Shown piece after piece: positions 1 to 10,159 of a stretch of 64,000 nucleotides of DNA. Position 1 is the first letter of the stretch, and each line of letters opens with the position of its first letter. The position numbers and the translations under genes are program-made. The stretch is from a virus (Duplodnaviria > Heunggongvirae > Uroviricota > Caudoviricetes). The notes under the pieces are model-generated. The model was not told the origin of the DNA. It searched no databases and saw only the letters and a list, made by a program, of their open reading frames with translations. The stretch spans positions 42,259 to 106,258 of the IMG/VR virus record IMGVR_UViG_2576861193_000004; one strand, 5' to 3'.

Positions 1-306
1 CCACGGAACTTCCGTCGTTTCGCAGCCTGCACGATCGGCATAAGATGCTTCTGCTGATTCATCAGTATGTGAATGCCAGATTGCGATAACATCACCCGCA
101 TCCTCTGCCGCCATAATGTCGTCAACGTGCATTACAAAAGTGTTCTGCGGGTTCTCCGAAACATTCCGCGCTTCCATAAAGCGATATTTGTCGCCATTAG
201 TTCTAACCAGAAAGCCACACGCTTCATTAGGGTAGCGATTTATGGCGCAGAGATAGATTTGCTGCATAACGTCAGAGCCAAGCTCAGGGATTGCTTTATT
301 ACCCAT
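1..306 (-). CDS. tail assembly protein K-like (JAB/MPN N-terminal part); 3' end lies beyond window start
   Basis: Minus-strand translation from ATG at 304-306: MGNKAIPELGSDVMQQIYLCAINRYPNEACGFLV...IWHSHTDESAEASYAD, a JAMM-type HxH..S..D motif; start overlaps stop of the L-like gene as in lambda; absent from ORF track because truncated. Confidence 0.55.
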   Translation of the reverse strand, partial: MGNKAIPELGSDVMQQIYLCAINRYPNEACGFLVRTNGDKYRFMEARNVSENPQNTFVMHVDDIMAAEDAGDVIAIWHSHTDESAEASYADRAGCETTEVPW

Positions 307-1030
307 ACCGCGTAGCTCCAATAAATCCGCCAAAATGGATCACACCGTCGGCAAAATAATTCCGACGCGCATTACAGGCGTCATAACGTTTTGTGCAGTA
401 ATCCGCACCAGACATAGACGTCTGCTGGTTATTTTTGTCGAAATATGGACCGGTATAGCCGCATTCTGGCCCTCGGTATTTCCACGGGCAGGTGTTTTTA
501 ATGATCTGACGATACGGCAGTTGCACCCCCATCAAATCGAACACACTGGACAATTCAAACTCGACAACCTGATGAGTTTCGAGAGTTTTCTGTTCGATAA
601 ACCACATTTCATCCGGGAAATGTTGGTTTGGATCTGCTGTTGGGTTGCCGTCTTTAAAATTAACGGCATCGAGGAAGCGAGCCAGCGTCATCTTGCGAAT
701 AATGCGGCAGCCAACAAGATCGTCGTTCGCCTGAACTTCCGCAGAGACGGTTCCGGCAAAGTTCGATACCTGAATTTTTGGACGTGGCAACGTTCCCTGG
801 CCAGTTTTGTCAAAGCCTGATGCTTTGATTGGCCACGGCTCGTATGTCACTCCTTGCCAGACGACCGGTTGCATCAGTTCGTTTGTTCCGGCGTGGAAGA
901 ATAGCTTCCCCCCTGAAGTTGTGTTCGACATATCCAATACGAACAACTCAATGAGTGCAGAGGGAGATAAGCTCTGAATATCAGCTTTAATTCCCATTGT
1001 TTCATCCTTGAAATAAGTAGGCGCTAACAT
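299..1030 (-). CDS. minor tail protein L-like
   Basis: 243 aa; sits between M-like and K-like genes; Cys cluster CPWKYRGPECGY..C..C consistent with the Fe-S site of the gpL family. Confidence 0.65.
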   Translation of the reverse strand: MLAPTYFKDETMGIKADIQSLSPSALIELFVLDMSNTTSGGKLFFHAGTNELMQPVVWQGVTYEPWPIKASGFDKTGQGTLPRPKIQVSNFAGTVSAEVQANDDLVGCRIIRKMTLARFLDAVNFKDGNPTADPNQHFPDEMWFIEQKTLETHQVVEFELSSVFDLMGVQLPYRQIIKNTCPWKYRGPECGYTGPYFDKNNQQTSMSGADYCTKRYDACNARRNYFADGVIHFGGFIGATRYG

Positions 1031-1079
1031 CCTGTCAGCGCCACAATGATAGTAAATTAGTACTTACTTATCCAGATGC

Positions 1080-1415
1080 TTAAGCCTCAAATACTTGTCT
1101 GAATGTAGCAGTTAAGACACAGTACCCCTGATATCGCTTGACCGTATGACTGTCACATACAACTACAATCTGCTTGCCTCTTGGATTAACCCAATAGAAC
1201 GATTCAACACCTGATCGCTCAGTCAGGAAGTCATCGATTGCATTAATTTCGTTGTATGATCTGGTAAAGGTTAACGACCATTCTTCTTTAATACGATTAA
1301 GACCTTGAGCCTGTCGCTGCTCGTAGTCATCACCAAAATTAAGTACCGTTACATTCGGTTTTACGCTCTTTTCAGATTCGTAATCTGGATACCAATTAAA
1401 CGTTTGTCTTTCCAT
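1080..1415 (-). CDS. minor tail protein M-like
   Basis: 111 aa ORF directly downstream of tape measure gene and upstream of L-like gene; size and synteny of lambda gpM. Confidence 0.6.
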   Translation of the reverse strand: MERQTFNWYPDYESEKSVKPNVTVLNFGDDYEQRQAQGLNRIKEEWSLTFTRSYNEINAIDDFLTERSGVESFYWVNPRGKQIVVVCDSHTVKRYQGYCVLTATFRQVFEA

Positions 1416-1457
1416 CTCACATCCTTGTGAGACTGCCCCGGTCGGGGCAGTCGATAG

Positions 1458-4400
1458 TTAGTTACGTTGAGTGTTTGGGTTGAGTGATCCGCCAGGGCGT
1501 TTCTCTTGAGCGATAGTCTCAAGCGCGATTGCTTTCATCCGTTGAGCGGCATTGTTCCATATGCTTTCTGTATCGCCGGATTCTGTCGTGCTACCGTCAC
1601 TATGGACGTTGATCTCAATTGATACAGGAGAAAGAACATTTCCGCCTCCACTCATACCATCGGTACTGAGCGTTACAGGGATTGTTCGGCCATCAGGCAA
1701 TGGAACATACGCCTCATTCATAGAACCTTCCCCAAACAACGCTAATTGAGGCGAGTTAGCAATACCGCCTTTCTGGTATGCCCGGAGCGGGATCACGCCG
1801 TCTTTTCCGAATATTCCTCCATTTGCAAACTTCGGGATTGCAGGAATGCCTTTAGTTCCGTCAGCCACACTGCTGGTTGCGGTTTTAGCAGAGCTTGATG
1901 TCACGCTGTCGAAACCACCGCCAGCCCAAGCTGAAACAAGACCAGATGCAACCGTTGCTCCAAAACTCAACCACTTATTACCAGAGCCGGAAGCATTAGC
2001 TCCAAGCATTGCAAACGCGGCAGACAGCGCGCCGGTAACAGAGCTTAGGTTCTGCATCGAGAAGATGGAGTCCTTCACTGCTTTTGTCTCAGCATCTTTG
2101 GCTTCAGTGCTATCAAATAGCCCTGATACCCAGCTACCAATCGCATTTGTTGCTGTGCCAATTGCGCTGGTGGTCTGCTGTGTTGTTTGCCCCAATCCAG
2201 TTACCGAACTGGACGTCTCCTTCGTGGCTTCTCCTACTGACTTGTCGCCGTTAACAGTGTTACCCATTCGTACACCTTGATTGGCAACTGCGGAAGCAAC
2301 CCCGGTGAGCAAATTACCACTCTGTAAACTACCAGCTGCGGTGGTTCCCATCCCCAACATGTTCATTAGAGGCAGCGTGATCTGCGACTTCACGACCATA
2401 TTGGTGATATCTTTCAAAATGGACTGAGATAGGCTGGAGAAGCTCATCTTCCCGTTAATAACGAAATCAGTCAGGACATCAGTTAAGCCACTAAACAAAT
2501 CAGTCCAGGTGCTTTCGATCTGCTCTGCCAGGTTTTCGTATTCCAGTGCCAACTTCTGCGTCGCAGTCCCCGTCTCTTTAATAAGCGCGGTATTGCCAGC
2601 AGCAATCAGTTGATTGATTTTCTTTGTATAAAGCGCCACAACTTTAGGATCAGACGCCTTATCACGAAGTTCTATCAACGCTTTGAGATTGCGGTTGTAG
2701 GTGTCTTCGAAATCAGCAACTTTCTCTTCACGAGACGGCGTATAGCCAGCACTAATAATGGAATCCGACTCCGGTGCCCAGGTGGAGATCATTTGCTCAA
2801 CATTGCGGCGATTAAACATCTCGCGATATTCAGGTGTCGCATTTTTGAGGTCTTCAAGACGTTTTTTCGCCTTGTCGATCATCTCTTGAGTGATGAACTC
2901 GTTAGGAACCGCATTAGCCAAATCAGTCAGCGATTTCGTTGTATCGCGAAGAGACTGATCAAACGATACCGTAGCCTTAGAGCTTTCACCCATTTGCCCC
3001 ATAAGCTGATCGGCTTTGTCCAGAGCCTTCTGGTATCCGGCTGCCAGTTTCTGTTGCGCTGCCTGTTCCTTCTTGGCCGCACGCTGCGAGGCGTTAGCTG
3101 ATCGTTGGGCTGCTTTCTCGGCTGCTGCTGCATCCTGTTCACGAGCTTTAGTCAGTGCGGCAATGGCTGCGGCACGCTCTTCATCGCTCATTTTCTCCAG
3201 AGAGCTGGCACTGGATGCTTTCTGCAAATTAAGCTGCGTCTTGAGTTGTTTAGGCCCAATAATCGGCTTACCTTCGAAGTCCATCATCGGAGTGCCGTCA
3301 GGCAAAGTACGTTGATAAGTCGCAGAATCCATCTGGTTTCGCATATATTGCGCCAGCGCCTTCTGAGCTGCTTTATCAGTTGTACCTAACCCCAGAACAG
3401 TCCCCTGGTTTGACATTACGCCCTTACCAGTTTTGGCCGCGTTATCTCTCTCGAACTCTGCCTGAGTCAGTTCCTGAGCGACGACTTCCAAATTCTCCTG
3501 ATAACCACGAATACTGCCTTGCAGTTTCTTGATCTGCTCGGTGTTTCCTTCCTTTTTCGCTTTTTCAAGCTGATCATTAAGAGTGGCTATTTGCCCCTCG
3601 ACAGCATTCTTACGAGAAGAAAGTGAATCAACCAGTTTTTGCGCAGGCTCCAGATAGCTTTTGTTTACCGTTTCACGTAACGGTGCCAATAGTTTGTTCT
3701 TTTCGTCATCAGAAAGTGAATCGTCATCATTGATTTTTTGGATCTTCTCCAGAGCCTCTTGACGAGCTTTAGCGAATGTTGCCGCAAAGTCTCTATTCTC
3801 TTCCCGTATTTTCTCTATCTGTGATTCTGCCGCATCTTTTGCAAGACGTTTGGCTACAGCAATGTCTCCGCGTTCAATTGCCCCAGTAGTTTTATCGCGT
3901 TTCTTACGAAGGTCATTTAGCTCATTTTCTATACGCTTACGTTCATCCTGATTAATCTTTACTGTAGTTCCGGCCATACCCGGCCCATAAACCACCTTTT
4001 CGCCAGATTTTAACTCTTGTTCCTTTTGCGTGATTTGTTGCTCAAGACGCGCTTTATACTCCGCCATTTGTGCACGTTTGGCCGCTGTCATCGCTTCTGG
4101 TATTTTCCTAATCTCGTCAACGACCTTTGAAGTTTCGCTGCGGAGCATGGTCATGTACGTGATTAGGCCAGCAACAGCTACAGTGGCAACTGTAAATGCT
4201 GCCCCTATAGGGTTTGCTGCAATGAACGCCGTTAATCCAGCAAAAGCGCCTTTAAGCCCCGTAATCGCCCCACGGATGGCGAAAATAAGAGAGGGGATCG
4301 GAGCCAGCCCCATACGTGCCGCACGATTGAATCGAGTTACTGCTGTAGCGCCGAGGTTAAATGGAGTCTGTATGGCGGTCGCCATCGTGGCAAAGGTGCT

Positions 4401-6038
4401 AACCATCTGGCTGCCTGCGCCAACTACCCCCATGATCCCTGCTCGCATCAGTTTGAACGCAACCATCGCGGCCACGACCTTACCGAGATTAATTACCAGC
4501 TCTTGGTTCTTTGCTAACCATTGAGCAAGCTGACGCAACCCATCGATTGCCGTCGTTAACCCCGAACCTAAAGAATTGGCAAACGAAATCCCTTCGGCGC
4601 TATTCATGATTGAAGCCAGTTCTTTCATCCCCTTCGATAGAGAATCCAGATATCCGGCCTGACCAACCCGATCAGCAAATAACGTGAATGACGTCTGAAG
4701 TTGCGCCAGCGCACCTGTGTAGGTTTGCATCATGTCTTTCGCTGCGTTCTCATTCTCCGCACGCAGACCAACAAACATCAGAGACAACGCCTGTTTTGCC
4801 TCAACCGTACCGCTGGCAACGGCTTTAGTCAGTTCCCCCATAGTGATGCCTGCGGCGTCTGCCATTGCCTGCATCGCGTTAGGAACGGCTTCACCTAATT
4901 GCTGACGTAGCTCTTCCATTGACACAACGCCCTTACCGGACATCTGCTGAACGGCCACAGCCGCACGTTTCAACAGCTCACTATCACCACCAAAACGAGC
5001 AACGGAGTCCACCAGCGCCTTCAGAGAACCATCGGTTGGATCTAAGCCAGCAGAACGAAACTTCACGAAGGAGTCTGTTAACGCCTGCATCGCGAACGGC
5101 GCATTTTGAGCCATGTCTACGATGTACTTCATATCATCAGCGGCAGCCTGGCCCGGGTTGGACTTCTCCTTATTCAACCCTCGAAGCATCACCCGCATAC
5201 GTTCCATTTCGGCCGCAGCTTCAACAATAGGCTTCTGCCACCCAAACATGATGTCAGTAACCGTTCTGGCTGCATCTCCGATCTCGCCAAGCAGGAAAAT
5301 GTTGCCACGAAGGCCAGAGAACATACCTCCTTCGTTACTTTTACCGCTATGGCCAGAAGCGCCGCTACGCCGCCCGCTACCACCATCGCCACTTCCAGAT
5401 GTACGAACGCGTACCGGCTTGCTAATCAGTTGCTGACGTCCGATAACTTCGTCCATCTGCTCACGAACCTTTTTCAGTCCCTCGGCAGCCTGACTCGTTG
5501 TGACACCCCAATTACTGAGTCGCTTCGTCGTGGTATTAAGGCGCGTATTCATGCCACTCACGGACGCAGAGGCTTCTTTGACCTCCGTACCAAAGCGGCT
5601 TGCGCTTTTGCTTGCATAGGTCGCCCAATCAGAGAAATCATTTAGCTCTGATTGCACTTTACGTAATGACGCGGTGAGTTTATCTACTGAAGAAGTTGTC
5701 GTATCGACGCGCTCAATCAGGGCTTTAAGACCAGAATTGAGGCTGGTGATGTTGCCACGCATTTTACGCGTAGCATCTGAAGCAAGCTCAAAACCGGCAG
5801 CTACATCCTGTAGTTTATCTGCCGTAGAATCGAGCTTGCTTTCCAGAACGCCAATGATACGGGCGACCGAACCCAAAGAGCGTTCAAAGGTTTGGATTTT
5901 TTGAGCAGGCTTTGTTACCTGCTCACCAAATCGAGTAAGCAGTTTCCCCGCACGATCGATTGACGCTGTAAACTGTTTGTCTTCCAGCGACAGGATAAAC
6001 TCTACGTTTTGTGACATTCCCTTGTCATCCTCTGCCAA
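1458..6038 (-). CDS. tail tape measure protein
   Basis: 1526 aa, long alpha-helical/coiled-coil regions with Gly/Ala-rich hydrophobic segments, between chaperone and M/L/K genes. Confidence 0.85.
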   Translation of the reverse strand: MAEDDKGMSQNVEFILSLEDKQFTASIDRAGKLLTRFGEQVTKPAQKIQTFERSLGSVARIIGVLESKLDSTADKLQDVAAGFELASDATRKMRGNITSLNSGLKALIERVDTTTSSVDKLTASLRKVQSELNDFSDWATYASKSASRFGTEVKEASASVSGMNTRLNTTTKRLSNWGVTTSQAAEGLKKVREQMDEVIGRQQLISKPVRVRTSGSGDGGSGRRSGASGHSGKSNEGGMFSGLRGNIFLLGEIGDAARTVTDIMFGWQKPIVEAAAEMERMRVMLRGLNKEKSNPGQAAADDMKYIVDMAQNAPFAMQALTDSFVKFRSAGLDPTDGSLKALVDSVARFGGDSELLKRAAVAVQQMSGKGVVSMEELRQQLGEAVPNAMQAMADAAGITMGELTKAVASGTVEAKQALSLMFVGLRAENENAAKDMMQTYTGALAQLQTSFTLFADRVGQAGYLDSLSKGMKELASIMNSAEGISFANSLGSGLTTAIDGLRQLAQWLAKNQELVINLGKVVAAMVAFKLMRAGIMGVVGAGSQMVSTFATMATAIQTPFNLGATAVTRFNRAARMGLAPIPSLIFAIRGAITGLKGAFAGLTAFIAANPIGAAFTVATVAVAGLITYMTMLRSETSKVVDEIRKIPEAMTAAKRAQMAEYKARLEQQITQKEQELKSGEKVVYGPGMAGTTVKINQDERKRIENELNDLRKKRDKTTGAIERGDIAVAKRLAKDAAESQIEKIREENRDFAATFAKARQEALEKIQKINDDDSLSDDEKNKLLAPLRETVNKSYLEPAQKLVDSLSSRKNAVEGQIATLNDQLEKAKKEGNTEQIKKLQGSIRGYQENLEVVAQELTQAEFERDNAAKTGKGVMSNQGTVLGLGTTDKAAQKALAQYMRNQMDSATYQRTLPDGTPMMDFEGKPIIGPKQLKTQLNLQKASSASSLEKMSDEERAAAIAALTKAREQDAAAAEKAAQRSANASQRAAKKEQAAQQKLAAGYQKALDKADQLMGQMGESSKATVSFDQSLRDTTKSLTDLANAVPNEFITQEMIDKAKKRLEDLKNATPEYREMFNRRNVEQMISTWAPESDSIISAGYTPSREEKVADFEDTYNRNLKALIELRDKASDPKVVALYTKKINQLIAAGNTALIKETGTATQKLALEYENLAEQIESTWTDLFSGLTDVLTDFVINGKMSFSSLSQSILKDITNMVVKSQITLPLMNMLGMGTTAAGSLQSGNLLTGVASAVANQGVRMGNTVNGDKSVGEATKETSSSVTGLGQTTQQTTSAIGTATNAIGSWVSGLFDSTEAKDAETKAVKDSIFSMQNLSSVTGALSAAFAMLGANASGSGNKWLSFGATVASGLVSAWAGGGFDSVTSSSAKTATSSVADGTKGIPAIPKFANGGIFGKDGVIPLRAYQKGGIANSPQLALFGEGSMNEAYVPLPDGRTIPVTLSTDGMSGGGNVLSPVSIEINVHSDGSTTESGDTESIWNNAAQRMKAIALETIAQEKRPGGSLNPNTQRN

Positions 6039-6294
6039 ATATTTGCATCAGTTGCTCTTTGGCGTCAGGGTCTGCCTTATCCTGGCTTGGATCGTAGACT
6101 TTATCTGTTACGACTGGTCTTCCAATCCTGAGTTGCAAACCCTCCATGAACGCCTTCACAGCCTCGCCATCCGCCTGGGACGCACGAGCGACTTGTAAGT
6201 TGCGGACATCCTCTTCCGCACGCAGACGGTCTATATTGCGACTGAGCATCCAGAACATCGTGAGAGGAACGTTCAGTAGCTCTAATGGCGACAC
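6025..6294 (-). CDS. probable frameshift extension of tail assembly chaperone (gpT-like part of G/GT)
   Basis: Alternate-frame ORF between gpG-like gene and tape measure start, overlapping tape measure start by 14 nt; lambda-like G-T synteny. Confidence 0.35.
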   Translation of the reverse strand: MSPLELLNVPLTMFWMLSRNIDRLRAEEDVRNLQVARASQADGEAVKAFMEGLQLRIGRPVVTDKVYDPSQDKADPDAKEQLMQIFGRG

Positions 6295-6374
6295 GGCGTA
6301 GTGAGCAACTACACGACTGAAATAGAATCCGAGATCTATTGAGACGGTCCTTGTCCCGGATTCATCGCGGGAAA

Positions 6375-6692
6375 TTACTTTGCCCCTTCGCCAGCCGCTT
6401 TTTCGTTTTCTTCATCAATCACTTCCATAGCGAAGGTGAAGATCTGCTGGAGTTGCGGAACAGTCAGTTTTTCAAGAACTTCGTCAGGTACTGAAGGGAT
6501 AACCTTACGAACCAGATCTGCATAAGCTGTCACTTGCTCAACAGGAGACATGTTCTTGAGATCTTTGCCTTCCATCTGCTTGATGGAAACAAAGAGGCCG
6601 ACGGTCATTTCAACGATGGGATATTCTTTGCCACCAAATTTGATGCTTTTTTTCGGCGGCAGAATGGAGTCGAGATCGAGTAATTTGGTCAT
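6375..6692 (-). CDS. tail assembly chaperone (gpG-like)
   Basis: 105 aa with acidic C-terminus, located between major tail and tape measure genes. Confidence 0.55.
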   Translation of the reverse strand: MTKLLDLDSILPPKKSIKFGGKEYPIVEMTVGLFVSIKQMEGKDLKNMSPVEQVTAYADLVRKVIPSVPDEVLEKLTVPQLQQIFTFAMEVIDEENEKAAGEGAK

Positions 6693-6753
6693 GGTTTAAA
6701 TCCTTTTAAACTCATACAGAGGCCCATCCATGGGCCTCTTGGGTTATCACAAT

Positions 6754-7500
6754 TTAGCTTGCGGCAGTTACAGAGACGGCTTTGGTCGCCTTCTTGGCAC
6801 CGTCATTAGTTGTGAAGGTGATATTGGCTGAACCGACAGCTTTACCAGTTACCAGTCCGTTCTGATCTACGGTCGCTTTATCAGTCGCATCAGAGCTCCA
6901 CACGCCAGTCTTATTGGTTGCATCGGCCGGGGTGAAGGTTGCGCTCAATTGAACTTTAGTGCCCACTTTTACGGTCGGTGAAGACGGGGTCAGCGTGACG
7001 CTCTCAACCGGCTTTGGGAGGCTCATTTTCCCCAACACGCCAGCGTCGTCCGGGTAAGCGGAAAACTCAACTGAGAACACGCGAACGTCGTCAGACTGGT
7101 AGGTCATGGTGAAGTTACCCGCGGTTGCTGCTTTAGGGATGGTCAGAACATAATCCGTCGCATCCTGCGGGGTCAGCACCAACTCTTTCGCAACGTCGAT
7201 CAGGTTCACTCCCTGCGCAGACGTGATGGTTACGGTATCTTCGCCAGAACTCAGCGTGGAACCTGGCATCAGATCGACCATGTTTTTCAACACGGATTCA
7301 GCCAGCGGCGCAGTAATGGTGATGTTGCGGCCCTGGATCAGCTCGGAGATCGTGGTCTGGCCCAGCTGGTCTACGGTCACTTTCAGCGTTTCGGTTGCGA
7401 TTTCAACCTGAACACCACCTTTGGTGTAACCCAAATCCACACCACCAAACGACACCTTACAGGCACCAAGTTTGATGTTTTTTACATGGGTATTAGACAT
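6754..7500 (-). CDS. major tail protein with C-terminal Ig-like (Big_2-type) domain
   Basis: Start taken at MSNTHVKNIK (ATG 7498-7500); C-terminal VTLTPSSPTVKVGTKVQLSATF..TNKTGVWSS..ATVDQNGLVTG..GSANITF is an Ig-like repeat pattern; synteny. Confidence 0.7.
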   Translation of the reverse strand: MSNTHVKNIKLGACKVSFGGVDLGYTKGGVQVEIATETLKVTVDQLGQTTISELIQGRNITITAPLAESVLKNMVDLMPGSTLSSGEDTVTITSAQGVNLIDVAKELVLTPQDATDYVLTIPKAATAGNFTMTYQSDDVRVFSVEFSAYPDDAGVLGKMSLPKPVESVTLTPSSPTVKVGTKVQLSATFTPADATNKTGVWSSDATDKATVDQNGLVTGKAVGSANITFTTNDGAKKATKAVSVTAAS

Positions 7501-7546
7501 TGATGGAAAACTCCTTTTTCCGTTAATTCTACGCATTCATTGCGCT

Positions 7547-7570
7547 AATAGTAAGTATATACTTACCAAT
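7547..7570. promoter_or_regulatory. motif-2 palindrome (ATAGGTAA-n-TTACCTAT family)
   Basis: aatagtaagtatatacttaccaat upstream of major tail gene. Confidence 0.45.
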
Positions 7571-7574
7571 TGAG

Positions 7575-7931
7575 TTAATTCAATAAATAGCCAGCAAATT
7601 CAACAGGAATGCCTGCTTCTATTAATGCCCCATCATTTTTGGGATAAATGATTGGCATCGCCATCGGTCGTACAAGTCGAAAATACACACCACCAGATTC
7701 CGTTTCCTCTACTGGAAACATCTCAATGATTTTATTGGCTTTCTCAACCGTCGTAGTAATTGACGAACCACGCACAATGATTGTGAATGATTCGTGATAA
7801 AAGCCCTGTAGCTCATGATCGATGCTGATGCCGGTATTTGGATTAATAAGCAGGACGCCAGATTTCACATTGGCAGGCAAGTAGTGACAGAAAATGTCAG
7901 TCCCGACCGTGCCAATCTTTGCCTTCTGCAT
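7575..7931 (-). CDS. hypothetical tail/head-tail joining protein
   Basis: ORF in structural module; start set at internal ATG (MQKAKIG) just after stop of upstream gene at 7960. Confidence 0.35.
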   Translation of the reverse strand: MQKAKIGTVGTDIFCHYLPANVKSGVLLINPNTGISIDHELQGFYHESFTIIVRGSSITTTVEKANKIIEMFPVEETESGGVYFRLVRPMAMPIIYPKNDGALIEAGIPVEFAGYLLN

Positions 7932-7959
7932 CAAACTTGCAAACGCTTCAATAAACACA

Positions 7960-8433
7960 TTAACCTCTCGTAAATCCGGCTTTTCTGGCAGCCTCAAGAA
8001 TCGCTTCTGAGAACTGCTTCTCGCTAATTTCCACCGCTCTTTCCAGAAAGTGTGGCCCAACACGGGGTTTAACACCGGCAATTGGTGGGTTTGTCACGTT
8101 CTTCATTCGAGAAAGATAACCGAGTCGGTATTTACCCAGCTCCATGTACTTAGCATAGTCACCTACTTCTACACCCGGATGCCCCTGACGTGGTTTTGCT
8201 CCAGACACAGAAAGCTCAATGCGCAGCCCTGAATAACCTTCTTTAATCACCCTGGCAAAGATAGCTGTCTCCAGAGATCCGGTTTCCAGCGGGGCCATTG
8301 CACGGCTGAGGCGCTCAACCAAACGCGCCAGCTTTTCCATGTCCCGAATAAGATATCGCTTAAATGCTTTCTGGCTGTTATTGAGTCTATTCCCCGCACG
8401 TTTGAACTGATGCGCATCGTATTTCAGACCCAT
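7960..8433 (-). CDS. hypothetical head-tail connector / tail completion protein
   Basis: 157 aa ORF in head-tail module; position only. Confidence 0.4.
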   Translation of the reverse strand: MGLKYDAHQFKRAGNRLNNSQKAFKRYLIRDMEKLARLVERLSRAMAPLETGSLETAIFARVIKEGYSGLRIELSVSGAKPRQGHPGVEVGDYAKYMELGKYRLGYLSRMKNVTNPPIAGVKPRVGPHFLERAVEISEKQFSEAILEAARKAGFTRG

Positions 8434-8768
8434 ATATTCGCCCCTACTTCAAGATGCCCAGGTCTTCCTCGTAGCCCCCAGCGGCGATGAACACTGGACA
8501 CCTTTAATTTTTGACCTTCAAGGATCAGTACATCATCAAGTTGTACAGCCGCTTCTAAAGGGACAACTAACACAGCATCAAACAGCTCCAGACTCGCCTT
8601 ACCACGACTACCAGAGCTATCAGCACGAACTGACGATTTCTCATTACTCTGTTCGAACTTAACCACGCCGACATTCGTCTTCCTGACGAATTGTAATTGC
8701 GCCTCACCGTAAACGTTCTTTGCGCCAAAGCGGTAGATCGCAATTTCTGTTTGCCATGAAATATTCAT
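8424..8768 (-). CDS. hypothetical head-tail joining protein
   Basis: Start taken at MNISWQTEIAIY; roughly 115 aa, typical size and position for a head closure/adaptor protein. Confidence 0.35.
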   Translation of the reverse strand: MNISWQTEIAIYRFGAKNVYGEAQLQFVRKTNVGVVKFEQSNEKSSVRADSSGSRGKASLELFDAVLVVPLEAAVQLDDVLILEGQKLKVSSVHRRWGLRGRPGHLEVGANIWV

Positions 8769-8847
8769 GCTCTCTCCCTGTTGTTGTCGGTCGCTCTCAT
8801 TACTGGCCAAAAACCCTTTAGACCAAAAGTAAATAATGCGACTGGCG

Positions 8848-9681
8848 TTACGCACGGCGAACAATCATACGGTTGTTGATGTAACTGACCAGCAAGCGCC
8901 AGGTGCTACGAGCCACATGCACGTTTGCAGCTTTACCGGTACGGTACATGTTGGTTGTTTCACCGATGGACTCTGACAAAATGCCATCCTCTCGTGCTGC
9001 GGCTACATCATTGCCATTTGCGATCTCACACGCTTCGTTGACAACGGCAAGCATCAACGCTTCTTTGAAGTAGTCAGGGAACTCTTCAAACTTCTCCTGC
9101 GTCATCTTTTCCCAATCGACTAAATCATGCCGGTACGCTCCATCTGCTCCCCACGGAATATCATACACATTCAGCATATTTTGAGGGCGATCGTATCGGT
9201 CAAAGTCGATACGTAGAATTTTGCGGATTGAGAACGGTAAAGTTTTAATTCGTCTGGTAGCCTCAATGAGACGCTTGCGCATTAAGCCTTCACCATCCGA
9301 CAGCAAAGTGTCCCCATTCAGCATATCGATCGCCTGCATTTGAGCATCAGCGACAGTTGCAAACGACTGTTCTGGTATCGACAGTTCAAAACTATTCAGC
9401 AGAACATACATTTGCCGCTCTTCATGCGTCAGACCCGATGCAACAGCCTTCACAATGACGTACCGCAGATCTCGCTCTTTCTCAGAGAGCTGGTTATATT
9501 CAGCCGACACGACAACCGGAATCGACATTTGACCGTTGGTAATTTCTAGCGGCTCGCCATCAACGAGAATAGCCCCGGTGCTGTCCTTTACTGTGTAGGT
9601 GGCAGATTCGATATCCAGCACGTTGAAGGCAAATGAAAGAGAAACAGCTTCACCGCTACGATACGAGTCGATCTGCGCCAT
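8848..9681 (-). CDS. hypothetical structural protein
   Basis: 277 aa ORF between capsid-side and tail-side genes. Confidence 0.35.
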   Translation of the reverse strand: MAQIDSYRSGEAVSLSFAFNVLDIESATYTVKDSTGAILVDGEPLEITNGQMSIPVVVSAEYNQLSEKERDLRYVIVKAVASGLTHEERQMYVLLNSFELSIPEQSFATVADAQMQAIDMLNGDTLLSDGEGLMRKRLIEATRRIKTLPFSIRKILRIDFDRYDRPQNMLNVYDIPWGADGAYRHDLVDWEKMTQEKFEEFPDYFKEALMLAVVNEACEIANGNDVAAAREDGILSESIGETTNMYRTGKAANVHVARSTWRLLVSYINNRMIVRRA

Positions 9682-10115
9682 TACTCACCACCTTGTGCTT
9701 TCAGGATGCCGTCAATCATTTCGACAATTCCTTTCGCTTTGACACCAACCTGATTACCAATAACTCGTAGACCGGCAATACCTTCGTTGTCTGCAATTGA
9801 CTCCAGTTCTTCTCGTGTGAAAGTCTGGATCTGTTTGGCCGGTTCATCTGGTGTCCCACGTTTCATTGGCACAATGTCAGGCGCTGCTGGCTCGGTAATC
9901 AGGTCTGCTGTCAATTCACCACGATCACTGTATGCGGCAGACGGAGAAACATTTTTGCCCTCTACTGTTGACGCTCGCATTGAAGCACAAATCCTCTGCT
10001 GATCGATAAAAGGCAACTCCGCTACGGATACCCCGTTCTCGAACTGAACGCCACACAGCATTCCCGAATAACCGGAAAATTGCGGTTCTAATAAAACAAT
10101 TTTTGCTGGTTTCAT
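9681..10115 (-). CDS. hypothetical structural protein
   Basis: 144 aa ORF, end-to-start abutting neighbour at 9681. Confidence 0.3.
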   Translation of the reverse strand: MKPAKIVLLEPQFSGYSGMLCGVQFENGVSVAELPFIDQQRICASMRASTVEGKNVSPSAAYSDRGELTADLITEPAAPDIVPMKRGTPDEPAKQIQTFTREELESIADNEGIAGLRVIGNQVGVKAKGIVEMIDGILKAQGGE

Positions 10116-10159
10116 AACGCTTTCTCTCCACTTGGGCGGCGAAAGCCGCCCAATATCGG

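Noticed and set aside
1846-5645. Several plus-strand ORFs (1846-2280, 2610-3101, 3016-3315, 4030-4524, 5106-5645 and others) inside the tape measure gene
   Set aside because: All are antisense to a 1526-aa ORF with clear tape-measure character and are low-complexity; treated as spurious frames.
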